This document shows positions 26,737-38,987 of a DNA stretch of 52,183 nucleotides, piece by piece. Source of the DNA: Hydrolagus colliei (Eukaryota); contig CM068778.1 of the NCBI GenBank assembly GCA_035084275.1, positions 1,550,001-1,602,183 of the forward strand, written 5' to 3'. The translations under genes were made by a program, and so were the position numbers. Every line of letters begins with the position of its first letter. The first letter of the stretch is position 1. The notes under the pieces are model-generated. The model made no database searches. It was given only the letters and a program-made list of their open reading frames with translations, and was not told where the DNA came from.

Positions 26737-27416
26737 CACAGTGTGAGAGAGAGACAGATCTCTCATACATAAACCTCACACAGGATACACAAACACTCTC
26801 TTCACCACACACACACACACACACACTCACAGATACACACAAACCAGCCTTTCCCACCATCAACACCTGTGCTCACATTGTCAAGAAATTAACATCAACA
26901 CAGACGATTGAGAGACAGAGAGGAAAAGAGAGTAGACATGGCTCCATCTCGCCTCCTCTCCACACTGTTCCCTCTGTCTCTGTTTCTGAATCATTGACAT
27001 ATTTTGTGACTTACTGTTCGCAGTCCATAACCTGGGGGAGGCTGCAGCTTCACGAACGCACCTCCCCTCACCCAAATCTGCACCTCCCACCAATGTCCCA
27101 CAGGGGGGCGGGGAAGAGGCACATTTTCTATGTGGTGTCGACACTTTGGTGTCATTGATGGCTTTATTCTTTCTGTGCTTCATTCGACAGAGATACAAGA
27201 GAGATCATTTGTGTGCGTGTGCATCAGACAGCAAGAGTGTGAGAGAGAGAGACCGAGCTAGACAACATTTTTGAGAGAAGAGAGTGAAGTCAAGAAAGTA
27301 AAATACAAAGACAGAGTGTGGGCGATAAGGAAAGAGCATATGTAGGAGAGAAGAAGGGAGAGAAACCTGAGCTCTTGTGTGAAGATCCCAAAGTTAATCT
27401 CAAGTCTCTGCCAACA

Positions 27417-28046
27417 ATGAGTCTGTCCTTTCTCACTGTCTCTCTGATCTCCATCCTCTGGCCCTGTGAGTATCTCTTCACATCTCCCAATTCTCCACAG
27501 GTTCCCAAATGCCTTGGGATATCATACGATCCTCATGTCTGAGATGAACCTAATCTGTGTCTGTGTATATGTCAATCAAAATCAATCAATCAAAACTTAC
27601 ATTTATATTGCACCTTTCACGTCAAGAGGGCGTCCCAGTGTATGTGTGTTTGTGTCTGTGTGTGTGTGTGTCTGTGATCCCGGGAATCAGACCAGGACAT
27701 TCCCTGTGGGCAGGATGATGGATGTTACATTGTCTTTGCAGGTCTGTCCCTGGCAGAGTTGGTGACTCAGAGGCCGGGGACAGTCACAGCCAGAGAGGGA
27801 GAGACTGTGACTTTCAGGTGTCACCACGATGATACGACCCTGTTTACAATGCTCTGGTACCTCCAACTCCATCAGGGAGGCCTCACATTGATTGGATATA
27901 TCACTGATTCAAAGCCAAAGAACGAGATAGAATTTATATCTGGCTATAACATTACACAGACTGATGAAAACAAGAAGTCCTCCCTGGAGATCTCCATCAG
28001 GAACACAGCCCAGGAGGGGGTGTATTACTGCGCTGCTAGACAAGGG
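27417..28046 (+). CDS. TRBV: V19 (leader 27417-27465, V exon 27742-28046), paralog of V7
   Basis: Intact; CDR2 ITDSK; 23-RSS. Confidence 0.93.
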
Positions 28047-28576
28047 CACAGCGTGAGAGAGAGACAGATCTCTCATACATAAACCTCACACAGGATACAC
28101 AAACATTCGCTTCACCACACACACACAGACACACACAACAACCAGACTATCCCCAGCCAACACCTGCCCTCACCTCGCCTACTCTCCACACTGTGTCTCT
28201 GTATCCGAATCTACCACCAATTTTGAAAGCCACCCAGTCCAGCCTCTTATAGAGAGTGTAGCTTCACTGAGACACTCCCTACCACAGCCCCACCTCCCCC
28301 TGGGGATGGGGGGAAGGGCCTTTCAGATGTGGAGGCGACACGTTGGTGCCTGTATTTTGCCAGAGCTTCAGCCCACAATGACACAGTGATAGAGGGAGAG
28401 AGACAGAGGTTAAGTGACGGGGAAAGATACAACCTTCGGGTAATTGGGGGAGAACTATCGAGCAATACACAGAAACAGAGAGTGAGAGAGACAACGAATA
28501 TTCGTGAGGGGAAGAGTGATAGAAACATCAGATAGAGTGTAGATTATCCCAGTGTAATCCCAAATCTCAGACAACA

Positions 28577-29185
28577 ATGTGTCTGTCCTTTCTCACTGTC
28601 TCTCTGATCTCCATCCTCTGGCCCTGTGAGTATCTCTCCACATGTCTCTATTACCCAGTGCATTAGATGGACTTTTAACGACGTGAAAAGCGCTCGTCAA
28701 ATATGTTGTTGTTGTTACCCACAAACTCTCAAACCCACAGGGCTTTCATATGATTCCCCTCTCTCTGTCTCTGAGATGATCCCGCTTTGCGTCCGTCCAT
28801 AATGCCAGGAAATCCCCAAGAAAATACATCCCAGATTCCCTCCCTGTCAACAGGTTCACATTGTTATGTTGTCTCTGCAGGTCTGTCACTGGCAGAGTTG
28901 GTGACTCAGTGGCCGGAGACAGTCACAGCCAGAGAGGGAGAGACTGTGACCTTGAGATGTTACCAGAATGAATCAGCCCTTGATAGAATGCTCTGGTACA
29001 TCCAACCCCATCAGGGAGGCCTCACATTGATAGGATATATCCAGTACCCACCAACAAGTTATGAGGAGGGTTTTAAATCTGGCTACAACATCACAAAGAC
29101 ATCAGACAAAAAGGATTCTTCCCTGGAGATCTCCATCAGCAACACAGACCAGGAGGGGGTGTATTACTGTGCTGCTAGAGAAGGG
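28577..29185 (+). CDS. TRBV: V20 (leader 28577-28625, V exon 28881-29185), paralog of V8
   Basis: Intact; CDR2 IQYPP; 23-RSS. Confidence 0.93.
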
Positions 29186-29748
29186 CACAGCGTGAGAGAG
29201 AGACAGATCTCTCATACATAAACCTCACACAAGATACACAATGACTCTCTTCACCACACACACACACACACCACAATAAGTCTTTCCCCCGCCAACACCT
29301 GTCATCACCTCGTCTACTCTCCACACTTTTCTTCCTCTGTCATTGTATATCAATCTACGAGCAATTTTGCAACCCACCAAGTGCTTCCCCACCATCTTGT
29401 AGAGAAGGTGGCTTCACTGAGAGCCCACCTCCCCTCCAATCCACAGCTACACCTCCCACCTGGGGACGGTGGGAAGGGCCTTTCGCATGTGGTGACGAGA
29501 CTTTGGCGCCATTGGCGAATTTATTCTGCCAGAGCGCGAGCCCACGGTGGCAAAGGCACAGAGAGTGAGAGAACAAGAGATTAAGTGACAGAGAAAGAGA
29601 CAACGTTTGGAATGATGGGGGGAGTGACATCGAGAAATAAATAGAAACAGAGAGTGAGAGAGACAAAGTGCATTTGGGAGAGGGAGGGTGAGAGAAACCT
29701 TAGCTCCGGTGAAGAGTTTCCATCAGTAATCCCAAGTCTCTGCCAACA

Positions 29749-30338
29749 ATGTGTCTGTCCTTTCTCAATGTCTCGCTGATCTCCATCCTCTGGCCCTGTG
29801 AGTATCTCTCAACATCTCTCTATTAAGACATCCTCCCAATGTGAAAAGCACTATACAAATGTGTTGTTGTTACCATAAAATATTAAACCCACAGGGCTTT
29901 CATATCACTCCCCGCTCTCTCTGTATCTGAGAGGATCCTGCTTTGTGTGTGTCCATAATGCCAGGAATTCCCAACGAAAATTCGTCCCACAATCCCTCCC
30001 TGTCGGTGGGATCACATTGTTATGTTGTCTTTGCAGGTCTGTCACTGGCAGAGTTGGTGACTCAGTGGCCGGGGACAGTTACAGCCAGAGAGGGAGAGAC
30101 TGTGACCTTGAGATGTTACCAGAATGAATCAGCCCTTGAGAGAATGCTCTGGTACCTCCAACCCCACCAGGGAGGCCTCACATTAATTGGATATCTCTAT
30201 TACCCACCAACAACTTATGAGGAGGGTTTTAAATCTGGCTACAACATCACAAAGACAAGTGACAAGGATTCCTCCCTGGAGATCTCCATCAGCAACACAG
30301 CCCAGGAGGGGGTGTATTACTGTGCTGCTAGAGAAGGG
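29749..30338 (+). CDS. TRBV: V21 (leader 29749-29797, V exon 30037-30338)
   Basis: Intact; CDR2 LYYPP; 23-RSS. Confidence 0.93.
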
Positions 30339-31018
30339 CACAGCGTGAGAGAGAGACAGATCTCTCATACATAAACCTCACACAGGATACACAAACACTC
30401 TCTTCACCACACACACACACACACACGCTCACAGATACACACAAACCAGCCTTTCCCACCATCAACACCTGTGCTCACTTTGTCAAGAAATTAACATCAA
30501 CAGAGACGATTGAGAGACAGAGAGGAAAAGAGAGTAGACATGGCTCCATCTCGCCTCCTCTCCTCACTGTTCCCTCTGTCTCTGTTTCTGAATCATTGAC
30601 ATATTTTGTGACTTACTGTTCGCAGTTCATACCCTGGGGGAGGATGCAGGTTCACGAACGCACCTCCACTCACACAAATCTGCACCTCCCACCAATGTCC
30701 CACAGGGGGGCGGGGGAGAGGCACATTTTCTATGTGGTGTCGACACTTTGGTGTCATTGATGGCTTTATTCTTTCTGTGCTTCATTCCACAGAGATACAA
30801 GAGAGATTGTTTGTGTGCGTGTGCATCAGACAGCGAGAGTGTGAGAGAGAGAGACCGAGCTAGACAACATTTTTGAGAGAAGAGAGTGAAGTCAAGAAAG
30901 TAAAATACAAAGACAGAGTGTGGGCGATAAGGAAAGAGCATATGTAGGAGAGAAGAAGGGAGAGAAACCTGAGCTCTGGTGTGAAGATCCCAAAGTTAAT
31001 CTCAAGTCTCTGCCAACA

Positions 31019-31567
31019 ATGAGTCTGTCCTTTCTCACTGTCGCTCTGATCTCCATCCTCTGGCCCTGTGAGTATCGCTCCACATCTCTCAATTTTCCAC
31101 AGGTTCCCAAATCCCTTGAGATATCATAACATCCCCCACTCTTTCTGAGATGATCCTACTCTGTGTCTGTGTATATGTCAGTGTGTGTGTGTCTTTGACC
31201 CTGTGTATCACACCAGGACACTCCCTGTGGACATGATGATGGATGTTACATTGTCTTTGCATGTCTGTCACTGACAGAGTTGGTGACTCAGTGGCCGCGG
31301 ACAGTCACAGCCAGAGAGGGAGAGAATGTGACTTTGCGATGTTACCAGAATGAGACAGCATGTAATAGAATGCTCTGGTACCTCCAACTCCATCAAGGAG
31401 GCCTCACATTGATCGGATATGCCTTCGGGTCAAACCAAATTTATTAGAAGGGTTTTGATGCTCATTACAAAATTACGCAGACTGGTGGCAACAAGGAATC
31501 CTCCCTGGAGATCTCCATCAGCAACACAGCCCGGGAGGGGGTGTATTACTGTGCGGCTAGCGAAGGG
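31019..31567 (+). pseudogene. TRBV: Pseudo-V22 (V10-like)
   Basis: Leader 31019-31067; acceptor AG mutated to AT (31261-31262); in-frame TAG after CDR2; heptamer CATAGCG (essential CAC broken). Confidence 0.9.
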
Positions 31568-32314
31568 CATAGCGTGAGAGAGAGACAGATCTCTCATACA
31601 TAAACCTCACACAGGGTACACAATGACTCCCTTCACCACTGACACACACACACACAAACAGACATACAAACCAGCGTTTCCTCCACCAACACCTGCCCTC
31701 GGTCTTTGCCATAAACTAAACACATCAACAAAGACGATTGAGAGACAACAGAGAAAAAGAGGTTCAGGGACACAAAATAAATGGGTCCATCTAGTCTACT
31801 CTCTACACTATCTGTGTCTCTCACTCTCTGGGTCCTTCCAATGTTGTGTCCTCCCAAGATGCTCTATAAATATCATTTTGTTTTGTTGTTATGTCTCTGA
31901 ATTTTGGACCAATTTGGCCACCTGCTGTTCTCAGTCCATACCATTGGGGACGCTGTAGCTTCCATAAGTCACCCCCCATCCCCCACATATAACTCCCACC
32001 AATGTGACACTGCGAGGGTGGGGTGAGGGGCAGGATTCCCACATCTGTTGTTCTGCAAACGCTTCAGTGCCATTGTTGCCTTTACTCTGCCAGAGCTTCA
32101 TTCCACGGATGCAGATAGAGAGGGGGCCTGTGGGGAGATGGTTTGTGTGAGACAGTGAGAGGCAGTGTTGGCGTGACAGGGGGCAGTTGTTTCAATTAGG
32201 AAATAGGAACTGAGCCAGTGAGATATAAAGTGTGGAGGTGAGAGAGAGATTGTGGGAGAGATCGCTGAGCTCTGGTGTGAAGATCTCCAGGTGAATCTCA
32301 AATCTCCGCCAACA

Positions 32315-32860
32315 ATGAGTCTGGCCTTTCTTGCTGTCTCTCTGACCTCCATCCTCTGGCCCTGTGAGTATCTCTCATCATTTTACTTTTTCCCTCAAAC
32401 TCTCAAATCCACTTGGATTTCATATCACACCCCTCTCCTCTTGTCCGACATTATACCACATTTCTGTGTATAGGTTTGGAAACCCAGCATCTCTCCCAGG
32501 ACATTCAGCCCAGATTCCCTGTCGGCTGGATCACATTGTTATGTTGTCTTTGCAGGTCTGTCACTGGCAGAGTTGGTGACGCAGAGGCCGGGGACAGTCA
32601 CAGCCAGAGAGGGAGAGACTGTGACATTGACATGTCAGCACAATAATGCTGACCTTAATACAATGCTCTGGTACCTCCAACTCCATCAGGGAGGCCTCAC
32701 ATTAATGGGATACAGCAGGTACACAAAGCCAGAGTATGAGAAGGGATTTGAATCTGGCTACAGCTTTACACAGTCTAGTGACTACAAGAACTCCTCCCTG
32801 GAGATCTCCATTAGCAACACAACCCAGGAGGGGGTGTATTACTGTGCTGCTAGAGAAGGG
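32315..32860 (+). CDS. TRBV: V23 (leader 32315-32363, V exon 32556-32860), paralog of V11
   Basis: Intact; CDR2 SRYTK; RSS CACAGTG-23-ACATAAACC. Confidence 0.92.
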
Positions 32861-33544
32861 CACAGTGTGAGAGAGAGACAGATCTCTCATACATAAACCT
32901 CACACAGGGTACACAACGTTTCTGTTTACCACACACACACTTCATGTGTTCCCCCCCACCAACACCTGCCCTCAGTCTTGGCCAAAAATCAAACATGACA
33001 ACACAGACGATTGAGAGACAAGAGAGAAAAAGAGGTTCGGGGTCCAGAGAGGACAATAATAACAACAAAATTACATTTCTGTAGCGCCTTTCAAGTCAGG
33101 AGGTCATCCCACGGCAATGGACAGTTACAGCTTCAGGATATGGCTCCATCTCGACTACTCTCCAAACTCTTCTCTCTGTGTCTCTTGTGACCAACTGTTC
33201 CCAATCCACACCCTGGGAGAGGATGTAGCTGTAGGGGGGGAGAGGATGTTTCTGGGGGGGAGACAGCTGGCCAACTTCCGATCTGGTGCCGACACTGAAT
33301 GCCATTGGTGCCTTTACTCTGCCAGAGATTCATTCCTCAGAGACACAGAGAGAGAATGAAATAGCGAGACAAACTTTGGGAGACAGGTCGCGTGTTATCC
33401 GGATAGATAGAACGTTAGTGCGACATTAAGAAGTGGCGTATGACTGTGAGAGAGAGAGTAAAATAGAGAGAAAAAGTGAGAGAGAGGGGACAATGTGAGC
33501 TCTGGTGTGAGAATCGCAAGGTTAATCTCAAATCTCTGCCAACA

Positions 33545-34110
33545 ATGATTCTGTCCTTTCTCACTGTCTCTCTGATTTCCATCCTCTGGCCATGTGAGTA
33601 TCTCTCCACATCTCTCAATTGCCCTCAGGCTCCCAATTCCCACTGGGATTCTACGTCACCACCATTGCCTGTCCGACATAATCCCGCTGTGTGTGAGGTG
33701 TGGAGTCGTGTGTGTTGGTGTGTGTGAGTGTATGTGTGTGATCCCGGGAATCAGACCAGACCATTCCCTGTGGACAGGATGGACAATGTTATTTTATGTT
33801 TGCAGGTCTGTCAGTGGGAGCCATGATGACTCAGTGGCCGGGGACAGTCACAGCCAGAGAGGGAGAGACTGTGACCTTGAGATGTTACCAGAACGACACA
33901 ACCCATAATACAATGCTCTGGTACCTCCAACCCCATCAGGGAGGCCTCACATTGATCGGGTATTTTTTTCGGTCAAAACCAAATTATGAGAAGGGTTTTC
34001 AATCTGGCTACAACATCACAAAGACAAGTGACGACAAGGATTCCTCCCTGGAGATCTCCATCAGCAACACAGCCCAGGAGGGGGTGTATTACTGTGCTGC
34101 TAGAGAAGGG
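33545..34110 (+). CDS. TRBV: V24 (leader 33545-33593, V exon 33806-34110), paralog of V12
   Basis: Intact; CDR2 FFRSK; heptamer CACAGCA. Confidence 0.92.
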
Positions 34111-34723
34111 CACAGCATTAGAGAGAGACAGATCTCTCATACATAAACCTCACACAGGATACACAACCAATCTCTTCACCACAGACACAAACCAGTCTCT
34201 TCCCCAACCAACACCTGCTCTCACTTTGTCAAAAACATCAACACAGATGATTGAGAGACAGAGAGAATTAGAGGTTCAGGCACCATGTAGACATGGCTCC
34301 ATCTTACCTTCTCTCCACACTGATCCCTCTGTCTCTGTTTCTGAAACGTGGACAACTTTTATGACCAACTGTTACCTGTCTATAGCGTGGGGGAGGCTGT
34401 AGCTTCACTAAAACACCATCTCCCCAACCCCACATCTGCACCTCCCACCAATGTCCCACAGGGGGGCAGGGGAGAGGCACATTTCCTATCTGGTGTCGAT
34501 ACTTGATATCATTCATGGCTCTATTCTGCCAGTGCTTCATTGCACAGAGATATAGAGAGAGATTGTGTGTGTGTGCGTGTGTAGTGCGACATTAAAAAGT
34601 GGCGTATGAATGTGAGAGAGACAGTAAAAGAGAGAGAAAGAGAGAGAGAGGTGACAACGTGAGCTCTGGTGTGTGAATCGCAAGTGAAGAGTTGCCATCA
34701 GTAATCCCAAGTCTCTGCCAACA

Positions 34724-35330
34724 ATGAGTCAGTCCTTTCTCACTGTCTCTCTGATCTCCATCCTCTGGCCATGTGAGTATCTGTCCACATCTCTCAATTG
34801 CCCTCAGGCTCCCAATTCCCACCGGGATTCTACATCACCAACATTGCCTGAGCTAAATAATCCCGCTGTGCGTAAAAGTGTGGAGTCATGTGTGTTTGCG
34901 TGTGTGAGTTTGTCTATGATCCTGGGAATCAGATCCACATCTCTCAATTGCCCTCAGGCTCCCAATTCCCACAGAACAGACCATTCCCTGTGGACAGGAT
35001 GGACAATGTTAGTTTGTGTTTGCAGGTCTGCCAGTGGGAGCCTTGATGACTCAGTGGCCGGGGACAGTCACAGCCAGAGAGGGAGAGACTGTGACTTTGA
35101 GATGTTACCAGAACGACACAACCCATAGTATAATGCTCTGGTACCTCCAACCCCATCAGGGAGGCCTCACATTGATCGGATATTTCTATCTGTCAAATCC
35201 AACTTATGAGAAGGGTTTTGATAATCACTACAAACTTACACAGATTGGTGGGAACAAGGATTGCTCCCTGGAGATCTCCATTAGCAACACTACCCAGGAG
35301 GGGGTGTATTACTGTGCTGCTAGAGAAGGG
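34724..35330 (+). CDS. TRBV: V25 (leader 34724-34772, V exon 35026-35330), paralog of V1/V13
   Basis: Intact; CDR2 FYLSN; 253-nt intron; 23-RSS. Confidence 0.92.
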
Positions 35331-36056
35331 CACAGCGTGAGAGAGAGGCAGATCTCTCATACATAAACCTCACACAGGATACACAACATTTCTGTTCCCC
35401 AGACACACACACACACACACAGACACACAAACCAGCCTTTCCGCCCCCAACACCTGCAATCTGTCTCTGCAAAAACTGAATACGTCAACACAGACAATTC
35501 AGAGAGCGAGAGACAAAGAAAGAAATTCGGGGAAAGAGTGAGCATTAACAACAACAGCAAAATTACACTTGTATTGCGCCTTTCACGTCAGGTGGATGTC
35601 CCAATGCATGGCTCCAACCAGCCTACTCTCCACACTGATCCCTCCGTGCCTCTGTCTCTGAATCTATTGCCAATTTTGTGGCTCACTGATCCCACTCCAT
35701 AACCTGGTGGAGGCTATAGCTTCACTGAGACACCTCCTCCCCTCCCCACCACAGCTCCACTTCCCCCTGGTGTGGGGGGAAGGGCCTTTTCCGATATGGT
35801 GACAACAAATTGGTGCCATTGTTTGCCTTTAATGCTGCCAGAGCTTCAGCCCACAGTGGCAGAAAGAGAGTGTGAGAGAGAACAAGAGATTAAGTGACAG
35901 AGAAAGAGACAAGGTTTGGATGATTGGGGGAGTGACATCGAGAAATAAATAGAAACAGAGAGTGAGAGAGACAATGAACATTTGGGAGAGGGAGGGTGAG
36001 AGAAACCTCAGCTCCAGTCAAGAGTTTCCATCAGTAATCCCAAGTCTCCACCAACA

Positions 36057-36633
36057 ATGAGTTTGTCCTTTCTCACTGTCTCTCTGATCTCCATCCTTTG
36101 GCCTGTGAGTATCTCTCAACATATTTGTATTAACCAGTGCCTTGGAACACCCAATAAACTCTATAGAAATATAATATGACCTGATAAACGCTATATAAAT
36201 ATAATTTTTATGTTGTTGTTGTTACCAGCAAACTCTCAAACCAACGGAGCTTTCATATCACTCCCCTTGCTCTGTATCTGAGATGATCCCTCTTTGTGCC
36301 AGGAATTCCCAAAGAACATTCATCCCAGATTCCTTCCATGTCAGCGGGATCACATTGTTATGTTGTCACTGGCAGAGTTGGTGACTCAGTGGCCGGGGAC
36401 AGTCGCAGCCAGAGAGGGAGAGACTGTGACATTGAGATATTACCAGAATGAATCAGCCTTTAGTACAATGCTCTACAAACCTCCAACCCCATCAGGGAGG
36501 CCTCACATTAATTGGATATCTCGAGTACCCACCACCAAGTTATCAGGAGGGTTTTAAATCTGGATACAACATTGCAAAGACAACAGACAAAAAGAAATCC
36601 TACCTGGAGATCTCCATCAGAAACACAGCTCAA
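36057..36633 (+). pseudogene. TRBV: Pseudo-V26 (paralog of V2/V14, no LINE)
   Basis: Same leader, acceptor, Cys, frameshift and 3'-deletion lesions as V2/V14, but an empty insertion site CCAAGTTATCAGGAGG at ~36535-36550. Confidence 0.9.
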
Positions 36634-37300
36634 CCAGCACATATACAAACCAGCCTTTCCTCCACTAACACCTGCCATCGGTCTTGGCCAAAAATTATAC
36701 ACATCAACACAGACGATTGAGAGACGAGAGAGAAAAAGAGGTTCAGGGACAGCAAACATATGTGTCCATCTCATCTGCTCTGCACACTGTACCCTCTGTG
36801 TGGTTGTCTCTCTCTCTGTGTCCTCCCAACGGTTGTGTCCTCCCCCAAGCAGCTTTATAAATACAATTTTATTGTTGTGTCTCTCAACCTGGGACCAATT
36901 TGGCAACTTGCTCAGTGCACACCATTGGGGGACGCTGTAGCTTCACTGAGACACCTCGCCTCCCGCCACATGTCATACCTGGCACCAATGTGACACTGTG
37001 GGGTGGGGTGAGAGGTGAGACACTCACTGCTGATGTTCTACAGACACTTCAGTGCCATTATTGGCTTTACTCTGCCAGGTTTTCATTCCACAGAGACAGA
37101 AAGAGAGAGAGGTGGGGGGGGGGGTGGCGTGATGAGACAGTGAGAGGCATGGTTGTGTGACAGGGGGAGTGGTATCAATGAGGAAATAGGAAGTGAGTCA
37201 GTGAGAAATCAAGTGTGTATGTGTGAGAAAGAGTGTGTGGGAGAGATACCTGAGCTCTGGTGTGAAGAACCAAAGTTTAATCTCAAGTCTCTGCCCAACA

Positions 37301-37847
37301 ATGAGTCTGTCCTTTCTCACTGTCTCTCTGATCTCCATCCTCTGGCCCTGTGAGTATCTCTGAACATCTCTCAATTCCCCTTCAGGCTCCCAATTCCACT
37401 GGGGTTTCATAACATCCCCCACTTTCTCTGTCTGAGATTACCCTAATCTGTGTTTGTGTCTGTGTGTGTGTATGTGTGTGATCCCGGGAATCAGACCAGG
37501 TTATTCCCTGTGGGCAGCATGATGGATGTTACATTGTCTTTGCAGGTCTGTCACTGGCAGAGTTGGTGACTCAGTGGCCGGGGACAGTCACAGCCAGAGA
37601 GGGAGAGACCGTGACCTTGAGATGTTACCAGAATGAATCAACCCTTGATACAATGCTCTGGTACCTCCAACCCCACCAGGGAGGCCTCACATTGATTGGA
37701 TATCTCCAGTACCCACCAACAAGGTATGAGGAGGGTTTTAAATCTGGCTACAACATCACAAAGACAGGTGACAAGGATTCCTCCCTGGAGATCTCCATCA
37801 GCAACACAGCCCAGGAGGGGGTGTATTACTGTGCTGCTAGAGAAGGG
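37301..37847 (+). CDS. TRBV: V27 (leader 37301-37349, V exon 37546-37847)
   Basis: Intact; CDR2 LQYPP; 23-RSS. Confidence 0.93.
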
Positions 37848-38449
37848 CACAGCGTGAGAGAGAGGCAGATCTCTCATACATAAACCTCACACAGGGTACA
37901 CAACGTTTCTGTTTACCACACACAGACACAGACACACGAACCAGCCTTTCCCCCCACCAACACCTGTCCTCAGCTTCCACAAAAGTTAAACACATCGAAC
38001 AGACGATTGAGAGACGACAGAGCGAAAAAGAGATTCAGGACCAGACGAGACAAGGCACCGTCTCTCCAACTCTCCACACTCTTCCCTCTGTGTCTCTGTC
38101 TCTGAATCTAAGACCAATTTTGTAACTCAGTGTTCCCAGTCCATACCCTGGTGGGCGCTGTAACATCACTAAGACACCAACTCCCCTCCCACTACAGCTC
38201 AACCTCCCCCCCCCCAATCAGCCTTTCTGATGTGGTGTCTACACTTTGGTGTCATTGGAGCCTTTAGTACATAGTGACAGGGAGAGAGATTGAGCGACAA
38301 AGAGAGAAACAACTTTTGGATAATTGGGGGCGTGCTATCGAGAAATAAATAGAAACAGAGCCTGAGAGAAATAAGGGGCATATGTAAGAGGGAGAGCAAC
38401 CTTAGCTCCACTGTAGGGTATTCAAGATTATTCCACGTCTCTGCCAACA

Positions 38450-38987
38450 ATGATTCTGTCCTTTCTCACAGTCTCTCTGATCTCCATCCTTTGGCCCTGT
38501 GAGTATCTCCCGACATATCTCGATATCCCACAAGCTCTCATATCCATAGGATTTCATATCACATCCACCTCTCAGTGTGAGATGATTCCAATTTAAGTCT
38601 GTCCCTGATCCCGGGAACCCCTCCGGGACATTCAGCCCAGATTCCCTGTCGGTGGGATCACTTTGTTATATTGTCTTTGCAGGTCTGTCACTGGCAGAGT
38701 TGGTGACTCAGTGGCCGGGGACAGTCACAGCCAGAGAGGGAGAGACTGTGACCTTGAGATGTTACCAGAATGAATCAGCCCTTGATACAATGCTCTGGTA
38801 CCTCCAACCCCACCAGGGAGGCCTCACATTGATCGGATATGCCTTTATCTCAAACCCAACTAATGAGGAGGGTTTTAAATCTGGCTACAACATTATACAG
38901 ACAACTGACAAAAAGGAATCCTCCCTGGAGATCTCCATCAGCAACACAGCCCAGGAGGGGGTGTATTACTGTGCTGCTAGACAAGGG
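38450..38987 (+). CDS. TRBV: V28, most D-proximal V (leader 38450-38498, V exon 38683-38987)
   Basis: Intact; CDR2 AFISN; RSS CACAGCG-23-ACATAAACC 38988-39026. Confidence 0.93.

Larger units (their letters stand above)
1..37600. repeat. Three related segmental-duplication units (A 1-17100, B 17101-~34670, C ~34671-~37600, partial)
   Basis: Near-identical sequence at offsets 17100 (1 vs 17101) and ~34670; recurrent gene order V1-psiV2-V3 ... V7-V8 ... V11-V12. Confidence 0.88.

Noticed and set aside
800-38500. Many recurrent 60-150 aa ORFs on both strands between V genes (e.g. MEIRETVRKDRLIVGRDL...)
   Set aside because: Antisense or alternative-frame readings of the duplicated leader, promoter and flank DNA; their recurrence reflects duplication and their starts and stops are not conserved.
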